In this document: positions 1 through 7,968 of the stretch, piece by piece
Numbering within the stretch: the first letter of the stretch is position 1
Layout: each line of letters begins with the position of its first letter
NCBI GenBank assembly: GCA_023101485.1
Contig: LVZB01000001.1
Coordinates: 989,399 to 1,013,398, forward strand
Direction: 5' to 3'
From: Pasteurellaceae bacterium Macca
Lineage (GTDB): Bacteria > Pseudomonadota > Gammaproteobacteria > Enterobacterales > Pasteurellaceae
DNA: 24,000 nucleotides
Made by a program: the position numbers and the translations under genes
The notes under the pieces: generated by a model
What the model was told of the DNA's origin: nothing
Seen by the model: only the letters and a program-made list of their open reading frames with translations
The model's database searches: none

Positions 1-1
1 C

Positions 2-259
2 ATCAAATTTGTCTTTGAGGGGTTGCCTGCGGTTATCTTCTCGCCATACTGTTTCGTTAGCATAATTGATGGTACAAAACGGCTAAATGAGATGGGATAT
101 TACCCTGAAAATGCGCCTGTTTGGATTGTCGATCACCCTCGTGCTTGTGTGGATTACCTTTACTACGCCGTACTAAAAACAGGCGCTAGCGCTATTGGGC
201 ATGTGATACTTGATGATGGTTTCCAAGTGGTGAGCATAAACAATCTATCTATGCTTTGA
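2..259 (+). CDS. hypothetical protein, C-terminal part (frame open to the left window edge)
   Basis: Frame 2 is open from base 2 (IKFVFEGLPAV...) to TGA 257-259. Track ORF 23..259 is its tail. Ordinary G+C, no motif recognised. Confidence 0.35.
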   Translation: MKFVFEGLPAVIFSPYCFVSIIDGTKRLNEMGYYPENAPVWIVDHPRACVDYLYYAVLKTGASAIGHVILDDGFQVVSINNLSML

Positions 260-395
260 TTGATGTGTTAGAACCCCATTTAACCAATGATGAAAGGGAG
301 AATTTACGATTATGGAAACACAAGAATCTAATAATATATTAAAAACCATCGTCTATATTCTAAGAATTTCATTATTTCACTTCCTTAATTAATTT

Positions 396-1658
396 TTAAA
401 TCGAAAATCTGTTATATTGCACTAAATCACAATATTTATTAGTTTCCAATGTAACCTCATAAAAATAATCTATTTTATTAACTATGCTTGCAAAATCCAA
501 ATTGCTAATTGATGAAAATTCATCAGTATTTAATCCTGTATTTAAAACATATTTATAATCATCAAAATCATAGAATTTCTCTTCATTTGTAGATGTTAAG
601 TTCATATGAATTTTAGTTGATTTAGCCAACAAACAAATATATTGAAAATCTTTATCTATATATTGAGTATTATTGTTAGGATGAGCCATAGAAAAATGTT
701 GATTTGGTGTTAACATAATCAAGTTTTCTACATAATCAGCAATATCTGGAAATTCCGATTGTGCAAAAATATGATGTACTTGTGTTGCATTTACTATTTC
801 AGTTGGCTGAGATACTTCTGATTTACCATCAAACATGGCATCATTGAACTTACGAACCGCTTTTTTAGCTTTATTAACGGTATAATTTGCCAAAGCTCTT
901 GCTTGTAATTGAGATGTGGTAAGTTCAAACTCAGACCTAGTGATGGATTTTTCTTTACCGCTAAGCTCATCTCTCCAGTTTGAACGATTATATTGCAAAT
1001 CATTCAATGTTATGACATATTTAGAAATTCTACCTTTCTCAGTTCCTAGTTTTCTCAATTTAAAAGCTAGTGGATTTATTACTTTTGTAAATATTCTTCC
1101 GCATTCAGTTTCACCATTAATTTTTGTGTGATTAATAGTAAATTGGATAAATCTATCTCTTACATCTTTATATGAATCTTTATCTTGAATTCTAAAAAAC
1201 TCTTCAAACGTAACCATCAATCCACTATCGTTTAAAACTTTACAAATATAATAATATAAAAAGTTCAAGGCATTCATTGGTCTTAATGCAATTTTATTCA
1301 AAACATCCTTATTATTTATAGAATAATAGTACCTATTTTTCTCTTTTCTTACATTTAGTATTTTACTATATCCTAATAATTTAATAGGTTGTCCAAAATA
1401 TTTATCATATTCATTCCCAGCTTTTAATTCAGGGTCAGGTTTTGAAAAAATAGCAATAACATTTTCTCTAGCATAATCACTATGCCAAATATCTGATACA
1501 GTGAATTCATCTACATGCATCGTTTCTACATATTCATTAATACAGTCTGCAATAATAGATACTACATCATAAGTACATTTTTGATCTATCCATCTTGCAT
1601 CACCTGATTTTCTAATATCAAAATCATATTGATTTAAAAATTTTTCATATATTTCCAT
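396..1658 (-). CDS. putative restriction endonuclease with C-terminal HNH (His-Me finger) motif
   Basis: 420-aa ORF. The C-terminal segment ATQVHHIFAQSEFPDIADYVENLIMLTPNQHFSMAH fits HH...N...(N)H spacing of HNH nucleases. ATG 1658 lies 1 nt after the methyltransferase stop (TAA, 1662-1660), with AAGGAG about 8 nt upstream, suggesting translational coupling. The N-terminal ~290 aa carry no motif I recognise. Confidence 0.6.
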   Translation of the reverse strand: MEIYEKFLNQYDFDIRKSGDARWIDQKCTYDVVSIIADCINEYVETMHVDEFTVSDIWHSDYARENVIAIFSKPDPELKAGNEYDKYFGQPIKLLGYSKILNVRKEKNRYYYSINNKDVLNKIALRPMNALNFLYYYICKVLNDSGLMVTFEEFFRIQDKDSYKDVRDRFIQFTINHTKINGETECGRIFTKVINPLAFKLRKLGTEKGRISKYVITLNDLQYNRSNWRDELSGKEKSITRSEFELTTSQLQARALANYTVNKAKKAVRKFNDAMFDGKSEVSQPTEIVNATQVHHIFAQSEFPDIADYVENLIMLTPNQHFSMAHPNNNTQYIDKDFQYICLLAKSTKIHMNLTSTNEEKFYDFDDYKYVLNTGLNTDEFSSISNLDFASIVNKIDYFYEVTLETNKYCDLVQYNRFSI

Positions 1659-1659
1659 T

Positions 1660-4176
1660 TTAAATCTCCTTATTTACTCCAAACCAATAACAGCTTATTT
1701 TGTCAACATTTAATGAGCGAGTTTGATAATTTCTTGCTATCTTATAGAAATTCCTAAATTCATCACTAGAAATATAATCCATTTGTGTTTTAGACAGAAT
1801 TAGATTTTCATTTTTAGGGATCAAAATTGCAATGGAACCATTAACTATGTAGCCATTTTCTTTTTTTATAAGCCGTGGTTTATAAGTCATATTTGGCGTT
1901 AAATATACATTGCTATTATTAAAATATTTTCCTACTGCCAATTTTGATAACTGCTCATTTTCAACAAATGAATCGTATCCATTTATTGATGTTATTTCCC
2001 CATTATCTAAAATATTTCTTGATTTTAACACCCTGATACTATATTTATCAGTCTTATTCAGTGATGAATTACCATTCGTAATTTGTCTGTCTCTAAAAAC
2101 ATCAAATACACCAAAATTCATGTTCTTAAATACTTCATCAAAAAAGTCATTCCTATATATTATCCAATAAGGTAAATTTGAATCAAAAATATATTGACTT
2201 TTTTGAACGAGCGAAATATCTAGAGTAGTAGAAATAACTTTTGTATATGATGATTCTCTTTTAGTATTTATCATTAAATTAACAGTTTCTACTAATACTC
2301 CTTTGAAACCATTTTCTCCAAAATCTATAATACTATCTATCCTATAGTTTTTTAACCATTCTCTAGTTGTAGAAAATTCTGGTGTATTAAGAATATTTTT
2401 TGGCATAATCATAGAAATATAATCAGAAAATCTTACTGATTTCTCTAAAATGAATTCTGCTAAATTTGTTGATTCTTTATTTATATTATCTTTTAGTAAT
2501 GAATTTCTATATGAGCCATTAATTTTAGAAAATGGTGGATTTCCTATAATTAAATCAACTCTATTGCATTCGCATTCATAATTCATAAAATCAGAACACA
2601 CAAATTTTAAAGAAAAGTTCGATGGAATATTATTTTTATCATACAAAATTTTAAGTAATTCTACTGTATCAGAATCTACATCAATTACTGTAAGATTTAC
2701 ATGTCTTTTATTTTCATACTTTTTAAAAATAAATGGTAAAAAATTTCCCGAACCAACTGATGGTTCTATTATTTCAAGTTCATCTTTTTCAAATTCTGGC
2801 AAATTTTCAAATATTTCTTGTATTATAAATTTATTTGTGAAATATGCTGAGTGCTGTTGTCTTTTTGAATTAGCATATTCTATAATCGTTGAAAATGAAG
2901 ATAAACTGTATCTATCTTTATTTTTTAATAAAAACTCTTTTAAATTATCAGTGTTATCAAGATTATGTTTTTCAATTATTTCTTTAATGTCTTTTTTAGT
3001 TAATTTAGGAAATGAAATATTTTTTTTAATTTTATAAGCAATTTGTCTAAATATAGCAGTAGGCACAGCTTCTCCTATACTTTGCCTAATATTCATTTCT
3101 TCCTTTTTTGATATTTTTTGTTTTTCTATAATTGGCAATTGATTCAAATAGTCTAAATCATAATTAATCCATTTAAACGATTCTGGAATAGTCATCATAC
3201 GCATTAATTCTCTGATAGAAAAAACTCTATTATCAACTGGATGAACAGTATTTTGACTAGCCATTTGATCGTTTCTTGTATGAATACATGGCGCTACTTT
3301 ATCATAAATTTGTCTAGTATATTTATCTGCATTTTTCGATTTATTGATGACTATTTTTCCATCAATAATTCTATGTGGCTTTAATTCATCCTCCTTATTA
3401 TCAAAAGCACTTTGTCCCTGTTCTAAATTTTCTATCCATGACAACATATATTTTGGGTAAACTCTAAAGCTATGAAAAAAGTCGTTGGAATCATACTCTC
3501 CCCAATTTAAACTTTTCATATCTCCTATAATCTCATAAAGAGTTTTTTCTGAAACATAACTTGGCACAAGTTCAACTGGAGATATTTCATTAGAAAACAT
3601 CTTATCAACACCTATTACAAGTGTACGAGTTCTAGAAGAATTTGAACCATAATTTTTAAAATTAAGAACTTCGTTATGAATTAAATATCTATCTCCCAGC
3701 TCATTAGTTATCATATCTCCAATAGCCACAACATTCCCTTGTTTATCTATACAACCAGTTTTCCAAAATGCTGACACATTCTCAAACACAAAAAATCTTG
3801 GATTTATATTTTTAATCAAATCCACACTTTCTTTTATTAAGCTATTTCTTTCAATTTCTTTGTCTTTTTTCTTGTGATTAGCAACACTCATACCTTGGCA
3901 AGGTGGAGTAGCTATAACAACATCAACTCTATCATTTCCAAGTTTATTCCATTTTTCTATTTCCTGATATATAAGATTTTTCGTTGAGTATTCCTTTATA
4001 TCCGCTGCAATATACCCGCTTTCAAATTTACACTTATTATTTAATTTCTGTATGTTTAATCTTTTTTCTAATAATTCATTCGTTGCTATACATTCAAATC
4101 CCTCCTGTTTAAACCCATAGCAACCTACTCCTGCAGAAGAAAACAACGAAATATATGTAGGTTTATTCTGTATCAT
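1660..4176 (-). CDS. bifunctional DNA methyltransferase: N-terminal C5-cytosine MTase fused to C-terminal N6-adenine MTase
   Basis: 838-aa ORF. The N half has the ordered C5-MTase motifs: I FSSAGVGCYGF, IV PPCQGMS, VI FVFENV, VIII SSRTRTLVIG, IX FSIRELMRMMTIPESF, X GEAVP. The C half has the amino-MTase motifs I IIEPSVGSGNF and IV IIGNPPF. Its start overlaps the stop of the upstream HTH gene by 4 nt (ATGA). Confidence 0.85.
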   Translation of the reverse strand: MIQNKPTYISLFSSAGVGCYGFKQEGFECIATNELLEKRLNIQKLNNKCKFESGYIAADIKEYSTKNLIYQEIEKWNKLGNDRVDVVIATPPCQGMSVANHKKKDKEIERNSLIKESVDLIKNINPRFFVFENVSAFWKTGCIDKQGNVVAIGDMITNELGDRYLIHNEVLNFKNYGSNSSRTRTLVIGVDKMFSNEISPVELVPSYVSEKTLYEIIGDMKSLNWGEYDSNDFFHSFRVYPKYMLSWIENLEQGQSAFDNKEDELKPHRIIDGKIVINKSKNADKYTRQIYDKVAPCIHTRNDQMASQNTVHPVDNRVFSIRELMRMMTIPESFKWINYDLDYLNQLPIIEKQKISKKEEMNIRQSIGEAVPTAIFRQIAYKIKKNISFPKLTKKDIKEIIEKHNLDNTDNLKEFLLKNKDRYSLSSFSTIIEYANSKRQQHSAYFTNKFIIQEIFENLPEFEKDELEIIEPSVGSGNFLPFIFKKYENKRHVNLTVIDVDSDTVELLKILYDKNNIPSNFSLKFVCSDFMNYECECNRVDLIIGNPPFSKINGSYRNSLLKDNINKESTNLAEFILEKSVRFSDYISMIMPKNILNTPEFSTTREWLKNYRIDSIIDFGENGFKGVLVETVNLMINTKRESSYTKVISTTLDISLVQKSQYIFDSNLPYWIIYRNDFFDEVFKNMNFGVFDVFRDRQITNGNSSLNKTDKYSIRVLKSRNILDNGEITSINGYDSFVENEQLSKLAVGKYFNNSNVYLTPNMTYKPRLIKKENGYIVNGSIAILIPKNENLILSKTQMDYISSDEFRNFYKIARNYQTRSLNVDKISCYWFGVNKEI

Positions 4177-4376
4177 TCTTTTTCCTCAGTTTCAAAATTT
4201 TCATCCGCAATATGTTCACCAATATCACTGACATCACAATTTAATTCTTCGCAAATTTTATCTATCATTCTCAAACTAATATATTTATCTCTTCCCATAT
4301 TTACTAGCATCGCTGAATTTATTCCAGTAATATTCTTCAAATTCCTCTTAGACATATTTCTATCAATAAGCACCAC
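4173..4376 (-). CDS. small XRE/Cro-type HTH protein (candidate controller C-protein of the R-M cassette)
   Basis: 67-aa ORF. NMSKRNLKNITGINSAMLVNMGRDKYISLRMIDKICEELNCDVSDI matches the short YozG/HTH_26-like layout. GTG start has no Shine-Dalgarno. Stop overlaps the MTase ATG. Confidence 0.6.
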   Translation of the reverse strand: MVLIDRNMSKRNLKNITGINSAMLVNMGRDKYISLRMIDKICEELNCDVSDIGEHIADENFETEEKE

Positions 4377-4381
4377 AATTT

Positions 4382-4412
4382 ATTATAACTATATTATTTT
4401 ACTTTAATTCAA
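4382..4412 (-). promoter_or_regulatory. candidate sigma70 promoter giving a leaderless transcript for the 67-aa HTH gene
   Basis: On the minus strand, TATAAT (4387-4382) ends 5 nt before the GTG at 4376. TTGAAT (4412-4407) lies 19 nt upstream, which is over-long spacing, and overlaps the stop of the preceding gene. Confidence 0.3.
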
Positions 4413-4803
4413 CAGAAATCGTTTCTGCGGTTTGATAAATGAGTTTTTTACCTAATGGTGCTGTATTTCTTCCTTTTTCAAGTAGTTTAATTTCTTCATT
4501 AACTAAATCTTTTTCAGATATTTGTTCAATAAACATTCCACCCCTCCCTGTTACTAACCAATTCAAATTGATATTCATTTTTTTGCAGATTTTATTCAGG
4601 GCTTCTACATTTGGATCTCGTTCTTCTCTTAAATAGTTTTGTACTGAACGATAAGGAATTTCTGTTATTTCAGAAAAAGCTTTAATCGTAAGTGATTGAG
4701 TATCTAGCAAGAGTTTAAGTCTATTAGCTATGCTCATTTGAGTATTTTTACTTAATTTTTTATGCTCTTTATGGTACATAAAAGCAATCTGATTATACCA
4801 CAT
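4399..4803 (-). CDS. CI-repressor-like HTH regulator
   Basis: 134-aa ORF. SIANRLKLLLDTQSLTIKAFSEITEIPYRSVQNYLREERDPNVEALNKICKKMNINLNWLVTGRGG resembles the phage CI repressor N-terminal HTH, including the W-L-x-T-G signature. The true start is probably internal: ATG at 4779 or 4737. The first 8 codons overlap a TGgTATAAT promoter element. Confidence 0.6.
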   Translation of the reverse strand: MWYNQIAFMYHKEHKKLSKNTQMSIANRLKLLLDTQSLTIKAFSEITEIPYRSVQNYLREERDPNVEALNKICKKMNINLNWLVTGRGGMFIEQISEKDLVNEEIKLLEKGRNTAPLGKKLIYQTAETISVELK

Positions 4804-4821
4804 TGGGTCTGTATTTTAACT
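4792..4821 (-). promoter_or_regulatory. candidate extended -10 promoter for the HTH-HTH-MTase-nuclease operon
   Basis: On the minus strand, TGgTATAAT spans 4800-4792. A -35-like TTAAAA/GTTAAA at 4814-4820 (16-17 nt spacer) lies inside the putative IS1595-family terminus. Confidence 0.35.
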
Positions 4822-5862
4822 TAAAACATCCGTAAAATCAAAGAACAAATGGCACAACACTTCCTCCTATCAAGCAAAGCTCGTACGCTTTCTCCGCTCA
4901 AAATAGCTCGTCTATCTGATGCGGAAGCGTTTGCGATATTGTGCCAATTACGTCGGGGAAGTGAAAAAGAGCAAATCTGCCCGAAATGTGGCGTACAACA
5001 TACTGTTTACAAAATCACCACACGTAACCGGTGGAGATGCCGATATTGTAAACATACATTCAGTATTACTTCTGGAACTATATTTTCCAATCACAAACTG
5101 CCTCTTCAGACTTACCTATTTGCTATCGCCTTGTTTGTTAATGCCGTAAAAGGCATTTCCGCTTGCCAATTATCACGTGATTTAAACGTACAATATAAGA
5201 CTACCTTTACGCTCGCTCATAAAATCCGTGAGAGCCTAATCGTGCAGCGTGAGCTGTTTCCGCTTTAGGGTGAAATCCATATTGATGGAACGTATGTACA
5301 TTCCGCCCCACGTCCTAAAAATAAGAAATTGGATAGAGTGGATAGACGTTTGAAAGAAAATGCCAATCCAAATAAGCGGGCGATTTTGGTGATGCGTGAA
5401 CGTTATACCGAACAAGAAACCTTAGCGAACCAACAATTAGTCGGTGCAAAAAAGACCATCACCTTTCCTATTTTATCCGAAAATACCGCCACCGTGAACA
5501 AACTCGCAACCGCCTATATTGAGCCAAACAGTCGCATTCACACAGACGAAAATTCAGCCTATGATGAACTGATGATACATTACGACTTGCAACGGGTAAA
5601 CAATCAAAAAAGTATCGCAACGATGACGGCATTACCAACAATCTCGCCGAAAGCTATTTCGCTCGTTTCAAACGAATGTATTACGGTCAAGTGCATAAAA
5701 TGATTAACCTTTACCTTGATAATTATACGAACGAAATATCCTACCGAGAAGATACTCGTAAATTGGATAATCTAACGATTTTCAATGACGTGGCTCACAA
5801 ATGCCTTTCCACTTCCAATGATAATGACTGGGTAGGCTATTGGTAGGGCAATCACAGACAAA
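4804..5862 (+). mobile_element. decayed IS1595-family (ISXO2-like) insertion sequence
   Basis: GGGTCTGT at 4804 sits 45 nt before the transposase ATG. It matches 7 of the first 8 bases of the IS1016-like terminus GGGGCTGT in this same window. A degenerate inverted copy (..ACAGAC at 5854-5859) follows directly after the transposase stop. The transposase frame is broken twice. Confidence 0.6.
4849..5846 (+). pseudogene. IS1595-family transposase, inactivated (in-frame TAG plus frameshift)
   Basis: N-terminal zinc ribbon CPKCG...CRYCKHTF and an ISXO2-like body. An in-frame TAG at 5266-5268 splits ...ELFPL*GEIHIDGTYVH. A frameshift near the A6 run at ~5606-5611 moves the conserved tail GITNNLAESYFARFKRMYYGQVHKM...EISYREDTRKLDN into frame 3, ending at TAG 5844-5846. 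Confidence 0.8.
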
Positions 5863-5880
5863 CAGAGCGGTAATAATGTA

Positions 5881-6298
5881 ATGGCAAAAAAGGTTTACCT
5901 TAGTCAAATTCAAGAGAAAATTGACCGCTTGCAACGTGAGCTGAAGTAAGTATTGGCACATCTTGCATTGCTAGATAGTAAAATAGCCAAATTACATGCG
6001 GCGATTGAGGTGATGGAAGCTGAACCCCTATCGAACCGAACTTTACACCTACCACACCCACAAACAACGATTTAACGGCAAATTAAGACAAATGCTCTTG
6101 ACAGAACTTAAAGCTTGCCCTAGCCATTATTTTACCGTAAATGAACTTACCGAAATTCTATTAGTAAAAGACAAAACACCCATTACCCGCCCACAACACA
6201 CCGTATCTGTACGTGGAGCGTTAAAACATTGGCTAACAAAAGGTGTAGTGGAAAGACTTGAAAAAGGAGTAACGGATGTAAAATGGCAACTTAAATAA
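5881..6298 (+). pseudogene. disrupted hypothetical gene (coiled-coil N-terminus, basic C-terminus)
   Basis: MAKKVYLSQIQEKIDRLQRELK is followed by an in-frame TAA at 5947-5949. The frame continues (VLAHLALLDSKIAKLHAAIEVMEAEP...) to TAA 6073-6075. The reading then continues in the +1 frame (QRFNGKLRQMLLTELKACPSHYF...WQLK, track ORF 6092..6298). Confidence 0.45.
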
Positions 6299-6340
6299 TG
6301 GGCTTTAACCGCCAATGAAATCCACCCAATCCTTTCCTCG

Positions 6341-6663
6341 CTAACCGTAGCAACATATTTTTACAACTCGATATGCTTTATCACCCATATCCAAAAATTG
6401 AGGCTGCTCCTGCAATTTCAGTACAACTTCAGCAATTTCCCCACACGATCCCCAACCTCCATATTCTCGTAATTCTTTCGCCACTAACGGCATCGTAAAT
6501 AATGTCGGGGTTTTAGGCTCTTTCGATATAAACACGGCAAGGTCAGCTCATCAATCTCCTACGTTAAGGCTTCCATTTGTTCTACTAATTTGGCTTGTTT
6601 TTCCTTCAATAGTAGCAGTTTTTCCACTAATTCCTGTTTCGATAGCTTTAACTTTTGTGTCAT
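6341..6663 (-). pseudogene. two adjacent reading-frame fragments of unknown function (probable gene remnant)
   Basis: A 34-aa coiled-coil ORF MTQKLKLSKQELVEKLLLLKEKQAKLVEQMEALT (6663-6559) is followed in another frame by the 64-aa track ORF 6341..6535, which has a GTG start and no SD. Confidence 0.25.
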
Positions 6664-6669
6664 AATAAA

Positions 6670-6702
6670 AATCCCCATTGAGTTAAAGTTTCAATGAGGA
6701 TT
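6670..6702 (-). terminator. rho-independent terminator closing the oxyR-fabR-thioredoxin-like operon (also marks the core/accessory boundary)
   Basis: Arms aatccccattga (6670-6681) and tcaatgaggatt (6691-6702) form a 12-bp stem with one G-U position and a 9-nt loop. T-rich tracts follow on both strands. Confidence 0.55.
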
Positions 6703-6814
6703 TTAAGATTTTTAATCGGTTAAATCTTTGTGCAAGTGCTACATAATACTGGACTTTTTGCAAAATCTTGCCCAAATTCGACCGCTTGTGATTTCTTAAA
6801 ATGACTAGTTTGAG

Positions 6815-7330
6815 CTACCACGCCCAATTCGCTAATACTAAACGGGTTTTTAAGCCCCAATAGCTCGTTAAGCCAGTGGTGTGGTTGATAATTTTACCTT
6901 TTTTGATGATCAGGATAGTCGGGGTGGCTTGAATATCCCATTGGCGAGAAAATTCCCCCGTGGGGTCGTTGATCGCAGGGAAGTGGTAGCCCTGTTCTTG
7001 GAGGTAATTCGCTACTTCTGCGTCACTCCCCGATTTTAATGCCACACTCAATACCGGCACGCCTTGTTGGGTCAATTCTTGAATTGCTGGCGAGGTAAAA
7101 CGGCAGAAGCTACACCAGCTCCCCCAAAAGTAAAGCAACATTGGCTGTTCGTGGCTCATTTGGGCGATGATGTGGGGTTGGTTTTGAGTATCCGAGAGGA
7201 CTTTTTGGGAAAATTCCGCCGGTGCGGTGGGCTTGCGGTACCAATCCACTGCAATGCTGACAATAATAAATAAACCGCCAAACAGGCAGATATTTTTGAC
7301 AAAGCGAAGAATAAGTGAAGATTTTTTCAT
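6815..7330 (-). CDS. membrane-anchored thioredoxin-fold thiol:disulfide oxidoreductase (TlpA/DsbE-like)
   Basis: 171-aa ORF with an N-terminal hydrophobic anchor and the CxxC motif in YFWGSWCSFCRFTSP. The start lies 2 nt after the fabR stop. Confidence 0.8.
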   Translation of the reverse strand: MKKSSLILRFVKNICLFGGLFIIVSIAVDWYRKPTAPAEFSQKVLSDTQNQPHIIAQMSHEQPMLLYFWGSWCSFCRFTSPAIQELTQQGVPVLSVALKSGSDAEVANYLQEQGYHFPAINDPTGEFSRQWDIQATPTILIIKKGKIINHTTGLTSYWGLKTRLVLANWAW

Positions 7331-7332
7331 GG

Positions 7333-7968
7333 TTAATCATCCTTAAAAAGTTGTGCGGTATTGGCAGCATAAATGCTTGCCCCTCGAGCTAACATTCGCA
7401 GTTGCATCACCACGCGTTCTTTAAGTTTTGCCCGCTCTTGGGCGTTCATATCTAAGGCGTGGGATCCGGCGGTAAATACAATAGTAACCAAGCCTTCAGA
7501 TTCAATACAAGCCAGCTCACGGCTCACTTGGGGATTACGCAGTTGGATATATTCCGCCAGCTCCGCCACAAAATGTTGAATTTCACGGGAAGCCGCGGTA
7601 CGGAAGGCTTGGGAAGTGCCTGAGCTTTCTCGCAATAAGAGGCGGAACATATTTGGGCGTTCTTCAATAAATTCGAAGAAAGTTTCCACCGAGATAACCA
7701 CCACGCTTCCGCCCTTTTCAATACGTTTGCGTGCTTGGCGCATCAGTTGCCGTAGGATTAAGCCCGATTCATCCACCATCGCTAAACCTAGCTCGTCCAT
7801 ATCTTTAAAATGGCGATAAAAAGAGGTTGGGGCGATACCGGCTTCCCGTGCCACTTCTCGAAGGCTTAAGGTGGAGAAACTTTTCTCGGCACTGAGTTGG
7901 TTAAACGCCGCATCGACTAAAGCGCGCCGTGTTTTCTCTTTCTGTAACGCTCGAATGCCAACACTCAT
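7333..7968 (-). CDS. fabR: TetR-family repressor of unsaturated fatty-acid synthesis FabR
   Basis: Near-collinear with E. coli FabR as I remember it: [72 protein letters not shown]. Confidence 0.92.
   Translation of the reverse strand: MSVGIRALQKEKTRRALVDAAFNQLSAEKSFSTLSLREVAREAGIAPTSFYRHFKDMDELGLAMVDESGLILRQLMRQARKRIEKGGSVVVISVETFFEFIEERPNMFRLLLRESSGTSQAFRTAASREIQHFVAELAEYIQLRNPQVSRELACIESEGLVTIVFTAGSHALDMNAQERAKLKERVVMQLRMLARGASIYAANTAQLFKDD

Noticed and set aside
312-392. 26-aa hydrophobic ORF (METQESNNILKTIVYILRISLFHFLN) convergent with the nuclease gene; considered as a small toxin or membrane peptide.
   Set aside because: The GGGAG lies ~11 nt from the ATG, which is a weak context. 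AT-rich DNA yields such ORFs by chance. No antisense RNA or partner signal is visible.
3020-3027. T8 tract (A8 on the coding strand) located in the linker between the m5C and m6A halves of the methyltransferase; considered as a phase-variation switch that would uncouple the two activities.
   Set aside because: Eight bases is short for efficient slippage. Such runs are common in DNA this AT-rich. The frame is currently intact. It is worth only a resequencing check.
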